The notes under the pieces are model-generated. The model was not told the DNA's origin and ran no database searches. It saw nothing but the letters and a program-made list of their open reading frames with translations. From Microcoleus sp. (GTDB taxonomy: Bacteria; Cyanobacteriota; Cyanobacteriia; Cyanobacteriales; Microcoleaceae), in assembly GCA_052279835.1 (NCBI GenBank), contig CP181291.1, positions 2,592,001 through 2,656,000 of the forward strand: a stretch of DNA of 64,000 nucleotides, in the 5' to 3' direction. The number at the start of each line of letters is the position of its first letter. Within the stretch, counting starts at the first letter, position 1. The translations under genes were made by a program, and so were the position numbers. Shown here one piece after another: positions 20,021 to 29,444 of the stretch.

Positions 20021-21424
20021 TCAATTGTTTTTTGGTTTAGTGAGGCACCAAGTGATGCTGGTTGCGAAAAGGGCGATCGCAAAACTCAAGGCAAAGGAAA
20101 ATATAAAGGGATGCCACTGCATTAACACTGGGATTTGATAGTTTTGAACTGTCTGTAATACTTTGTCTGTGCCGCTGGATGCTGCGATGCCTCCGGCTGC
20201 TAAACCGACGCCGATCGCCTGTACTGTGCTTTGCAGGCGATCGTCCCGATTTTTCTCTCCTAGTTCGCTCTTGCGGAGTTCGATTTGATTGGTGCGATCG
20301 CTCCTGGCTTGTTCTATTTCTACTATGCCGCGTATTGAGGCGATCGCCTGGTCGATTAAGTTTGTCCCGTGGCGGAAATATCCTAGGTCGCCGGCTATTT
20401 GCGATCGCATATAAAGAGCACTTTTTCTACTGAAGTTATTTAATATTGATAGTTCTTCCTTATCGATCTCTAGTATATCACAAATTGTTTGCAAAATGTC
20501 AATGTAATTGTTAAGATTTAGGACGATTGTATTGTCATAATCTTCGAGTTTCCGCAGTAGGCGAGTATAAGTTACGGCTTTGCTGAAGAGTTGCTTTAGC
20601 TGTTCCTGAAATTCCTGCAATTGGGCGGCAGTTAAGACGGTTCCTCTGGAAAATTGAGCCTGCAATATCTCCATATTTTTCTCAATAATGCGGTATTCGC
20701 GATCGAGTTCGTGGTAAATCAGGCGGCTGTCTTGAAAAGCTTTGATGACTTTGTGGCGGTGAAATAGTAGGTCGAGTATTTCTTGCTGGCAAGTGCTAAA
20801 ATCTTTGTCTGTTTGTTCGTCGGAAAGCAGCCAGACAAGCAGGTGGCGGTAATTGGCGGTATCGCTAATTGCACCGTATTCAAAAATCGGACTACCGAAC
20901 AGTTTACTCGATCGATAAAATACAGGTGGCGAGTCGCCTTGGAATAAAGCATCGCGACATTTATCGGCGAGGGGTTTGAGGGAATCTAGGTTATCCGGTG
21001 AGTTTTCGGGAAGCCATGCGGTAATTAGGAGAGTTTGACCTAAAAAGTTGTCATCGCCGTTGATGAGTAAGGCTTGATTTGGGTTGAATTGCTGGATCAA
21101 ATCGACATCTACATTATCAGCAGTGCCGTCTTCCGGGCAACCTATATTTAAGCATAAAGCATAGCTGTCTTGAATTTCCAGCGGTTGGGCAAAACCTTCT
21201 ATGGGTGGATTGCTGTTGAATTCCAGTAAGACATTTGGCAATAAATCCTCGCGGTAGCTGCGGAAATCTTGGGGGAACACTAGATTGGGCGTTACCGTTT
21301 CGTCGGTGAAGTTGGCGAGGATTTTGTCGCAGTGTTTCCACAGAGGATTATTGCTGCCCTTACTGTCATTTTGCAGTTGGAAAGCGTATAAATAGACATT
21401 GGGGGCAGAAATTTTGTCACTCAT
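20021..21424 (-). CDS. Hypothetical protein with coiled-coil and two C-terminal TM helices (CorA-like topology)
   Basis: Long helical region, then IASIRGIVEIEQA...IGVGLAAGGIAAS...FIFSFALSFAIALFA. Confidence 0.7.
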   Translation of the reverse strand: MSDKISAPNVYLYAFQLQNDSKGSNNPLWKHCDKILANFTDETVTPNLVFPQDFRSYREDLLPNVLLEFNSNPPIEGFAQPLEIQDSYALCLNIGCPEDGTADNVDVDLIQQFNPNQALLINGDDNFLGQTLLITAWLPENSPDNLDSLKPLADKCRDALFQGDSPPVFYRSSKLFGSPIFEYGAISDTANYRHLLVWLLSDEQTDKDFSTCQQEILDLLFHRHKVIKAFQDSRLIYHELDREYRIIEKNMEILQAQFSRGTVLTAAQLQEFQEQLKQLFSKAVTYTRLLRKLEDYDNTIVLNLNNYIDILQTICDILEIDKEELSILNNFSRKSALYMRSQIAGDLGYFRHGTNLIDQAIASIRGIVEIEQARSDRTNQIELRKSELGEKNRDDRLQSTVQAIGVGLAAGGIAASSGTDKVLQTVQNYQIPVLMQWHPFIFSFALSFAIALFATSITWCLTKPKNN

Positions 21425-21440
21425 GTTATTGGGGCGGTGG

Positions 21441-21758
21441 CTAGGAATTTGGAAGGCGTTTTCTGAGGTTTTCGGGTAACTCTGGATAGCGGTTTGCTAG
21501 TTTTGGTTCTTGTCCTTCTTTTTTGGTGGCTTCTGGTTTTAGTTTTCTGTCAAATTTATTGATTTCATCTGTTATTTTAGGATAGTTTTCACACCAACTG
21601 CCAATGGCATCAGCTACTTCTTTGTTCGATTTGTCAGCCATCTGGGATATGATGTTGCTGAGATTTGCTAAATCGTCAACCGCCCCGGCTTGTTCAAAGA
21701 CTTCGGGTTTAGTTTCAAAGACTGCTAGGAAACCAGAAATAAATTCTTCATCTGTCAT
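21441..21758 (-). CDS. Small hypothetical protein between the CHAT gene and the TM-protein gene
   Basis: 105-aa ORF with AAGGAG RBS, co-oriented with both neighbours. Confidence 0.75.
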   Translation of the reverse strand: MTDEEFISGFLAVFETKPEVFEQAGAVDDLANLSNIISQMADKSNKEVADAIGSWCENYPKITDEINKFDRKLKPEATKKEGQEPKLANRYPELPENLRKRLPNS

Positions 21759-21782
21759 TGCTAATTTCTCCTTTGATTATAC

Positions 21783-22134
21783 TAAGGTCAAAGAAACCGG
21801 GTTTCTCTGATAAATCTCAATTGGAACAGAAAATCTCGGAAGAAACCCGGTTTCTGATACCAACACTTATTAAGGTCAAAGAAACCGGGTTTCTCTGATA
21901 AATCTCAATTGGAACAGAAAATCTCGGAAGAAACCCGGTTTCTGATACCAACACTTATTAAGGTCAAAGAAACCGGGTTTCTCTGATAAATCTCAATTGG
22001 AACAGAAAATCTCGGAAGAAACCCGGTTTCTGATACCAACGCTTATTAAGGTCAAAGAAACCGGGTTTCTCTGATAAATCTCAATTGGAACAGAAAATCT
22101 GGGAAGAAACCCGGTTTCTGATACCAACCCTTAT
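21783..22134. repeat. Tandem array, 4 x 88 bp
   Basis: Units start at 21783, 21871, 21959 and 22047. Each holds AGAAACCGGGTTTCT and AGAAACCCGGTTTCT. Copies are nearly identical. Confidence 0.97.
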
Positions 22135-22651
22135 TGTCCAACCGCACAGAAAGCCGCCCAGTATACGGGAGACTCATAAGGTTGATAATCCTGTTTGTAA
22201 CCGCGACTGTATCTGTCTTGAATTTTCTGTTTGTGTTCGCGACTCAGCAACTGCGACGCTTCTACCCATTCTAGCAAACCTTTGACAGTCACACTCCGCA
22301 GCCACAACTGAGACTCCCGCAAAGCAATTGCTACAGGCGGGCGAGTTTCCCCACGGAAAAGTTCGTAGAATTTGATGGTTAAAATCGCTGTAGATACATC
22401 ATTCACCGCCCACAATGTGCTGAGAATACTCGTCGCCCCGGCATAGAAAAAACCGCTAGGCAATCCGATATATTCATCTGTGGTATTCTTGATATCGGTC
22501 AACCCAGTTTCGCAGGCAGAAAGGGCTACTAAACGGCACTTACTTAACTCCAAATCAAAGATTTCTGTCAGAGTCAAACATTCTACGATGTCGTAGTTTT
22601 CGCCTCGGCGGGAACGAATATAACGGTTTTCATCGGAGGGAACCCCAGGCT

Positions 22652-22796
22652 GGGCGGGCACGGGGGCACCGCCCCTACCAAGGGGGGGAGTTTCATTCTC
22701 AGACAAATCATCGTTTTGTAGGGGTAGTGCCCCCGTGCCTACCCTCCCCTCAGACAAATCATCGTTTTGTAGGGGTAGTGCCCCCGTGCCTACCCT
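22652..22796. repeat. Cluster of three GTAG-type REP-like elements, including a 51-bp tandem duplication
   Basis: GTAGGGGTAGTGCCCCCGTGCCTACCCT at 22718 and 22769; inverted variant at 22652-22678; same family at 53206-53233. Confidence 0.85.
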
Positions 22797-23589
22797 CTTC
22801 ATCAACTGGGTGTGTATCTCACGCCGCCTGGGAAAAGTTCGAGAAGACATCCAGTTTCTAGGGTTTTGTCGGCTTTTTGTCGGCTGCTGGTGAGGGCGTG
22901 TAGGGGGAATAGGTGCAAGTATCGGAAGGGAACTAAGATTAGTTTTTGGCAGTTTTCGGGGAGGCGAGAAATTATTTCGTCGATGTGCAGAATCTGGGCT
23001 AATTTTTCCAGGCGGCTGTCTAGTTGGTTTTTCCAGTTGTCGTATTTTTTCTCGTCTTTGATGTCATCGAGATATTCCTGTTGTAACTCTTGTAATGCTT
23101 GCAAGTCTTGGGAGGAAGATTGCCAGATATCCGGTTGAGGAGAGTCGCGGGTGACAATGAAAACTTTAAAGCCGTTGTAGGTAATGTACCATTCTAAAAT
23201 TGCTTCATTTTCAGCTAACAGGCTGCGAATTTCTGCAAAACTAATCCGCTGTACTTGGCTGGGGAGGCTGCGGGCTTTGTGAAACAATTCTACTAGGTTT
23301 CTGGTTTTGCTGCGTTCGATGTATTCTAGGGCGGCAGTGGAGTTTTCCATTTGTAGGCAAACTTCTACCATTGACTGATAAAGTTTATTCCATTCTTCAG
23401 CTAATTTCTGTTTGTCTGCTTCGCCACCGATAATGATTTCACTCCGCATTAATTCGACTGTCTCAATGGCAGAGTTAAAGGTATTGTAGGTTTCTGGGAG
23501 TTGGGCATTTTTCTGGTAGGCAATTCCGAGACTATATAAGGTTGTAGTATGTTCTATCGGAAATGATTCGCGGGTGAAAATTGTTAAAG

Positions 23590-24340
23590 CTGCCTCAAAA
23601 GCTGCGATCGCCAATTCGAGATTCTTAGCTTTTTCCCCTCTGATTCTGTAGAGGTACGCACTCGCCAAATTATTTTGACACGCTGCCCATTCAAAGGGAA
23701 ATGCGTCGCGAGTCGAAACTTCCAAGGATGCCTCACAAGCTGCGATCGCCAATTCCAGATTCTCGGCTTTTTCCCCTTTGATTCTGTAGTGGTATGCATT
23801 CGCCAAATTATTTTGACACGTTGCCCATTCAAAGGGAAATGCGTCGCGAGTCCAAACTTCCAAGGATGCCTCAAAAGCTGCGATCGCCAATTCCCGATTC
23901 TCGGCTTTTTCCCCTCTGATTCTGTAGAGGTACGCAGTCGCCAAATTATTTTGACTCCTTGCCCATTCAAAGGGAAATGCGTCGGGGGTGTAAACTTCTA
24001 AGGATGCCTCATAAGCTGCGATCGCCAATTCCAGATTCTCGGCTTTTTCCCCTCTGATTCTGTCGAGGTACGCAGTCGCCAAATTATTTTGACACGTTGC
24101 CCAGTCTTCGGGAAATGCGTCGCGGGTGCGAATTTCCAAGGATGCCTCACAAGCTGCGATCGCCAATTCCAGATTCTCGGCTTTTTCCCCTCTGATTCTG
24201 TAGAGGTACGCAGTCGCCAAATTATTTTGACTCCTTGCCCAGTCTTCGGGAAATGCGTCGGGGGTGTAAACTTCTAAGGATGCCTCATAAGCTGCGATCG
24301 CCAATTCCAGATTCTCGGCTTTTTCCCCTCTGATTCTGTT
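23590..24340. repeat. 120-bp near-identical TPR-coding repeats
   Basis: WA.(C/S)QNNLATAY..RIRGEKAENLELAIAA.EASLEV.T.DAFP repeated about 6 times. Confidence 0.9.
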
Positions 24341-24942
24341 TTTGTAATCACTTCCCAGACTGTTTTGAAACCTAGCCCACTTTTCTGGATACGTTTCGCG
24401 GGTGACAACAGTTAATCCTATCTCCAGACAAGCAATACCAACCTCCAAATTACTTGCCCGACTACCTTGACGCAAATTATAAAAAGTTAAATCTAAACCG
24501 TATAAAATATTAGCACGATTGTATGCTTGTTCTGCATCCAAAGTTGCCAGAGTTTCAGTTGCCCACTCTCGCAAATATTGAGCAAAACCATCATCTATTA
24601 ATTCTAGGTTAGCTTGCAGAATCTCGATTTCTTCCTCGCTGGGACAGGTGAGGAGAGATTCAATCAGATTGAGATAAGCTTGGCGGCGTGCTTCGTTCAT
24701 TGCTTACAACCCATGTTTTTAGAATTTTACATTCTTTGTCGGGAAAAAACAAGGGGGAAATCCGACTTGCTGAATCGTCTGGAGTCGTTGGAGTGTGCGT
24801 CATAAGCTGCTACGCCACTATGTCGTATAATATAGATACAAGATAAGTAAGCGATCGCAATAATGAATCTATATCGATCGAGAGTTTATTGTGGCAGAAA
24901 TGGATGGTTTATAAAGATTTGGAGTGTTTAATTGAGCGGGTG

Positions 24943-25269
24943 TCATACGAAAATTCCCTCTCTACGAATATTTCTGAGCAAAGGGCCTTGATAATTAGTA
25001 AACCGTTCCTCATTCATAAACAAGCAGCTAATTACTACGTCATTATAGAGAGATAAATCTGCTACAATTGGGATAGTTCGATCGATTTCTTCACCGACTT
25101 GGACTGGTGCTTTGAGAACGACCAAAACATCAATATCTGAGTCGGGATCTGCGTCGCCCCGCGCTTGGGAACCGTAGAGTACCATTTGGGTGAGCCGATC
25201 GCCATAAAGTTGCTCGAAGTGCGATCGTAATTCAGCTAAAATGGTCTTGAGTTTATCGTTGATTTTCAT
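24943..25269 (-). CDS. Minimal nucleotidyltransferase (MNT) antitoxin-like protein, copy 2
   Basis: LYGSQARGDADPDSDIDVLVV motif. Confidence 0.9.
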   Translation of the reverse strand: MKINDKLKTILAELRSHFEQLYGDRLTQMVLYGSQARGDADPDSDIDVLVVLKAPVQVGEEIDRTIPIVADLSLYNDVVISCLFMNEERFTNYQGPLLRNIRREGIFV

Positions 25270-25309
25270 ATTGGCGATGGATGTTTGGAGGGCGATCGAA
25301 CTTATTTAT

Positions 25310-25375
25310 TTAAGGTGGTGGGAAAATGATACTTTGGCGAGATTTCTGGATAAATTCTAATTGTTCGGGTTTCAT
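25310..25375 (-). pseudogene. Truncated HEPN-like toxin stub
   Basis: ATGA overlap with the MNT stop. MKPEQLEFIQKSRQSI resembles the start of HEPN partners; stop after 21 aa. Confidence 0.5.
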
Positions 25376-25698
25376 AAAGCTATTCCCTCTTTACGAATGT
25401 TCCTCAATAAAGGCCCGTTGTAGTGCGCGAACCGATTTTCATCCATAAACAAACAGCTAATCACTTCATCATTTTGGAGAGACAAGTCGGCCCGGATATG
25501 GCTGATTCTTTTGATTTCTTCGCCGGGATTGACTTGCCCTTTGAGAACCACCAAAACATCAATATCTGAGTCGGGATCGGCGTCGCCCCGCGCTTGGGAA
25601 CCGTAGAGTACCATTTGGGTGAGCCGATCGCCATACAGGAGCTCGAAGTGCGATCTTAGTTCAGCTAGAATGGTCTTGAGTTTATCGTTGATTTTCAT
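25372..25698 (-). CDS. Minimal nucleotidyltransferase (MNT) antitoxin-like protein, copy 1
   Basis: Same GSQARGD...DSDID motif. Start set at MKINDK by comparison with copy 2. Confidence 0.9.
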   Translation of the reverse strand: MKINDKLKTILAELRSHFELLYGDRLTQMVLYGSQARGDADPDSDIDVLVVLKGQVNPGEEIKRISHIRADLSLQNDEVISCLFMDENRFAHYNGPLLRNIRKEGIAL

Positions 25699-25844
25699 AT
25701 TGGTGATGGATATTTGGAGTGCGATCGAACTTTGAAATTTCATCGCTGAAAGCTGCGACAAGTTCAGGACTAGAAAGTGCGATCGCGCTTTCGTGCCATT
25801 CATGGATTACAATATTATTGTAATTCTTACCAGGATCTGCTGAA

Positions 25845-26444
25845 TCAAGGTAAAAGATTGTTGACCTCGATCGCCCCTATTTCAACTCCTGCAACTATTA
25901 CCGGTACAAAAGCAGATCGTCCGTAATTTAACCTTTGACTGTAATCTGGCTGTTCGACATCAACAAGCGGTTGAGAGTACACTTCAACCTGCGACTCCGC
26001 AAGATTCACAATCCAATAAAAGGGAATTCCAGCACGGGCATAAATCCGTTTTTTGATAGTTCGATCGCGCTGCAACGTGCTGTCCGATATTTCAACAATC
26101 ATCGCAATATCTTCAGGGCCCGGATGGCGATCGGGATATTGTCGCCTATCCCCTCGGATAACTGCTATATCGGGTTCAGGTTCACTATTTTGCAGAGTTA
26201 TCGGTTCTTGAGAATCGACATACCAACCGGGCGGTAAAATATTCTCTAAAGCTGTTCTGGTAAGACCAGTTGCTAATCGATGGGGGGGATTTTTTGCCAT
26301 TTTGAAAACAAGCAATCCTTCCAGTAGTTCTACTGGGTCGTCATCCGTTAAAATTCCTGCTTGAATCATAGCGTGATACTGTTCGATGCTCAAGCGCAAA
26401 ATCAGATCGTTTGGGAGTGCTGCGATACTTTCAACAGGTGGCAT
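25845..26444 (-). CDS. Uma2/DUF820 family endonuclease-like protein
   Basis: VELLEG; SEPEPDIAV; VEISDST...K..IYARAGIPFYWIVN. Confidence 0.9.
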   Translation of the reverse strand: MPPVESIAALPNDLILRLSIEQYHAMIQAGILTDDDPVELLEGLLVFKMAKNPPHRLATGLTRTALENILPPGWYVDSQEPITLQNSEPEPDIAVIRGDRRQYPDRHPGPEDIAMIVEISDSTLQRDRTIKKRIYARAGIPFYWIVNLAESQVEVYSQPLVDVEQPDYSQRLNYGRSAFVPVIVAGVEIGAIEVNNLLP

Positions 26445-26613
26445 AAAATTCTGCGGGAGTTGATTTTTTTTAGTCTTGACTTCGATCTTAATCTAATTTC
26501 CGATCGATCGCCAAATGTCAAACAAACAACAAATCAAAGATATAGAGGAGACAGCAGCGATAGTTGGTGTCAACTTAAGCTGTCAGCCCGCCAAGTCTGT
26601 TGGTCATCCCGCG

Positions 26614-26764
26614 AGTCCGACAGGGGTTAAAACCCCTGTCTCATAGCTAAAGTCAGTTGAAACTGACTGAAGATTTGCCTAAAACCAATACCTATCAACT
26701 AATTCTTCAGTCCTCTTTGAGAGGACTTGCGCTATGAGACAGGGGTTTCAACCCCTGTCGGACT
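26614..26764. mobile_element. MITE/REP-doublet element with long terminal inverted repeats
   Basis: agtccgacaggggttaaaacccctgtctcatagc pairs with gctatgagacaggggtttcaacccctgtcggact; internal hairpins. Confidence 0.75.
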
Positions 26765-26802
26765 AAATGACTACTAACTAATGACTAATGATTGATGACT
26801 AA

Positions 26803-27918
26803 TTACATATCTGTCATCAACCTTGCTTTACGCAAAATAAAGGTCAGCACGGTTTCTTCCCCGGTAATAATGTCAGCCCTACCTTCCATTCCCGATTGAA
26901 TCGCATATTGACGCGGCACATTTGCTTGGGAACTTCCAAACAAGTTACCGCTAGCAGATTCAATTCTGGTTAAATAAGTTTGTTCTGGCTTAATCGAAAC
27001 TTCGTAATAAGAACCACCTAAATTATTATTGGAATTTTGAGCGGCGATCGCATCTGGGGCAATTTCGCTGACAGTGCCTTTCAATGTGCCGTAGTCGGGG
27101 AAGGGAAGGGCGGAAATTCTCATTTGTACAGGTTGGCCAATTTGGATGCGGGCGATGTCTTGGGATGTTACTTTGGCTTTGATTACCAGGGGTACGTCGC
27201 TGGGGACGATTTGGGCGATCGCACTTCCGGCTTGCACAGTTTGACCAGGATGTTGTAACTCTACTTTGAGAATTGTACCGTCTGCTGGGGATCTGACAAC
27301 GCTATATTTGAGTTTTAATTCAACTTGATTTAGTTCTTTTTGAGCTTGAATCAATTGCTGTTGAATTGACGAGCGTTTCACCAGCAAAACCCGCCGACTT
27401 CTGCCTAATCGTTCAGCTACATCGGGCAGGGATGTTGCTAATTTTACCAGAGCTGATTCCACTAATTTATCTGCTGCGGAACTTTCATTTTGGATACTCT
27501 GAAATTGGGCGCTAGCTAAAATTTGATTCTCCAATTCCCGCAATTGGCGATTGATTTCATCGGCTGCTGTCTGAGACTGAGTGACAGTTTCTTGGAATTG
27601 CTTTTTTTGACTATCTAAACGGGATGCGTCCACAACGGCGATCGCATCTCCTTGTTTCACCACCTGATTTTCAGTAACCGCAATGCTTTCGACAGTGCCC
27701 TCTGTTGTCGCTTGTACAACGCGCACTTCTCCGGCGGGGCGGACGATCGCATCTGCTTTAACTGTAGCACTGTATTTGGTGACGCTAGCAAGGGCGATCG
27801 CACCTCCAAATGTAGCCACCATCAAAATTCCCCCCCAACTTGTCCAGCGGCTGACAGGGGGCAAAAATTGGTCGTTCTCAAAGGTTTCAACGGATGGGGA
27901 TTCGGGAAGAGGAGACAT
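26803..27918 (-). CDS. HlyD-family secretion membrane-fusion protein
   Basis: N-terminal TM; V..NQVVKQGDAIA; coiled coil; RSPADGTI; PFPDYGTLKGTV; GMEGRADI. Confidence 0.92.
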   Translation of the reverse strand: MSPLPESPSVETFENDQFLPPVSRWTSWGGILMVATFGGAIALASVTKYSATVKADAIVRPAGEVRVVQATTEGTVESIAVTENQVVKQGDAIAVVDASRLDSQKKQFQETVTQSQTAADEINRQLRELENQILASAQFQSIQNESSAADKLVESALVKLATSLPDVAERLGRSRRVLLVKRSSIQQQLIQAQKELNQVELKLKYSVVRSPADGTILKVELQHPGQTVQAGSAIAQIVPSDVPLVIKAKVTSQDIARIQIGQPVQMRISALPFPDYGTLKGTVSEIAPDAIAAQNSNNNLGGSYYEVSIKPEQTYLTRIESASGNLFGSSQANVPRQYAIQSGMEGRADIITGEETVLTFILRKARLMTDM

Positions 27919-28380
27919 GGCGACAACAGGGTAAGAAGAGGGAAGATGGAAGATGGAAGATCGAAGATGGAATATGGAAGAAATTTAGGCGATCGCCTAA
28001 TTAGCCCTAACGATTTCAGCAATTAATCATGTCCTAACCACGGTTCGGGTTGCTCTAAAAATTCCACATGGTGGCTAACTCGAAAAATCCTTATTTCTTT
28101 GAGCGCATTTATTTTGAAATTTCCGGATCGCCCGGATACATTTAGAAGTCTCAATCAAAATTCGTAGGCTACAGCCAAAAATCCGCACAGATTCCCTGAA
28201 TGAGCATCCCAACTTGGCTTCCAGATCGAGACTGGTAAAAAAACCGGGTTCTATTTTGAGTACACGTAAGTATTGAATATCTCACCGAATCTTTGACTTG
28301 AGATCGCTCTCTCTGAGACAGAGGGACGAAAAAGTCTTGACTGCAAATTTTTTATTAATTACATTCCCAAGGAGTTCCTC

Positions 28381-28608
28381 ATGTTGGAAAATCAACAACA
28401 CTCACTATTTACTGAACTAACAGATGCCGAATCAGCTACTGTCAGCGGTGGCAATATGAGCAGCGGTGTCAGCGATCTTGACAGCAATAGCGATGCCAGC
28501 AATAGCAATGCTGATGATATCAATAGCTTCTTTTTTGTACCAGATGTCAGTCAACTTTATATGTACGATCCGAGTCGCCAGCGTCCGTATAAAACCATCG
28601 TGGTTTAG
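28381..28608 (+). CDS. Double-glycine leader peptide precursor 1 (acidic, Ser/Asn/Asp-rich core)
   Basis: AAGGAG RBS; leader SLFTELTDAESATVSGG. Confidence 0.85.
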   Translation: MLENQQHSLFTELTDAESATVSGGNMSSGVSDLDSNSDASNSNADDINSFFFVPDVSQLYMYDPSRQRPYKTIVV

Positions 28609-28764
28609 AAAAATAAGTCTAGGGGCTTAGTTGGGAAAATTTATCCGTAATATTCCGGAGATCCATCGGCTTTTAAGAAACATAGATCAGTATTTAAACG
28701 AAGCTAGAAAGTTTATCAAGTTTCTAGCTTGTGTCCAATTTGAGCGCATAAAACGGAGTCTATC

Positions 28765-28974
28765 ATGAAAGAAACTAAAGACACCTCACTAGAGGGCTCA
28801 CTGTTTACTGACATCACCCCAGAAGCATCTGCCAGTGTCAACGGGGCTCATCGTTATCGTTATGTCAGCCGTCGTAGCAACTGCGATAACTACAGCTACA
28901 ATCCCTACTTCGATGGTCGCCCAGTTCATGGCTACGTACACAATGTGTCCTATCGTCGCTACTACGACTGGTAA
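28765..28974 (+). CDS. Double-glycine (GA) leader peptide precursor 2 (Tyr/Arg-rich core)
   Basis: GGAG RBS; leader SLFTDITPEASASVNGA. Confidence 0.85.
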   Translation: MKETKDTSLEGSLFTDITPEASASVNGAHRYRYVSRRSNCDNYSYNPYFDGRPVHGYVHNVSYRRYYDW

Positions 28975-29098
28975 CTGACTGTGAGAACTTCAGAAATTTT
29001 GGTGTAAAAATTCAGAAATTCCAATTTAAACGATGCTCTAGAATTTAGCTGAAATTTCTAATTATTGTCCAATTTTATCAGCTTAAAAGGAGTTTATC

Positions 29099-29257
29099 AT
29101 GCAAGGAACTAAAGAGAGCTCACTGTTTACTGAAATCACTGCTGAAGAATCTGCTAGTGTCAACGGTGGTTACTATGGCTGTTACCGTCCCCGTCGTCAC
29201 ATTGTATACCGCCGTAATCGTAACGGTACTTTCAGAGCGGTAGTTCGCTACTGGTAA
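29099..29257 (+). CDS. Double-glycine leader peptide precursor 3 (52 aa, not in the ORF track)
   Basis: AAGGAG RBS; translates as MQGTKESSLFTEITAEESASVNGG-YYGCYRPRRHIVYRRNRNGTFRAVVRYW. Confidence 0.88.
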   Translation: MQGTKESSLFTEITAEESASVNGGYYGCYRPRRHIVYRRNRNGTFRAVVRYW

Positions 29258-29444
29258 ATTTGAGGTCGGTTAATTCAGCTTTATAACTGTGAATCGAGGA
29301 AGTACCCATAACATTATGGGTGCTTTTTTCTGATTGACTATCCGGCGATGTGTAATCTATTTTAGGCTCTGGTGATGACAATAAATTGTCAATATATATT
29401 GTTGTTTTTCCAGAGAATATCATCTCCGAAAAAGTTAATACTTT

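Larger units (their letters stand above)
22131..24700 (-). pseudogene. TPR-CHAT domain protein, split at 22802 with an internal deletion in the CHAT domain
   Basis: ORF 22802-24700 has 40-aa TPR repeats and ends ...RYTPS*. The downstream ORF has LSACETGL...STLWAV...WAAF. The catalytic His motif is absent from both pieces. Confidence 0.85.

Noticed and set aside
21783..22134. CRISPR array
   Set aside because: The intervening sequences are identical between units, so there are no unique spacers, and no cas genes are present.
23590..24340. DGR template/variable repeats in the TPR region
   Set aside because: Differences are not adenine-restricted and there is no reverse transcriptase; these are ordinary TPR tandem repeats.
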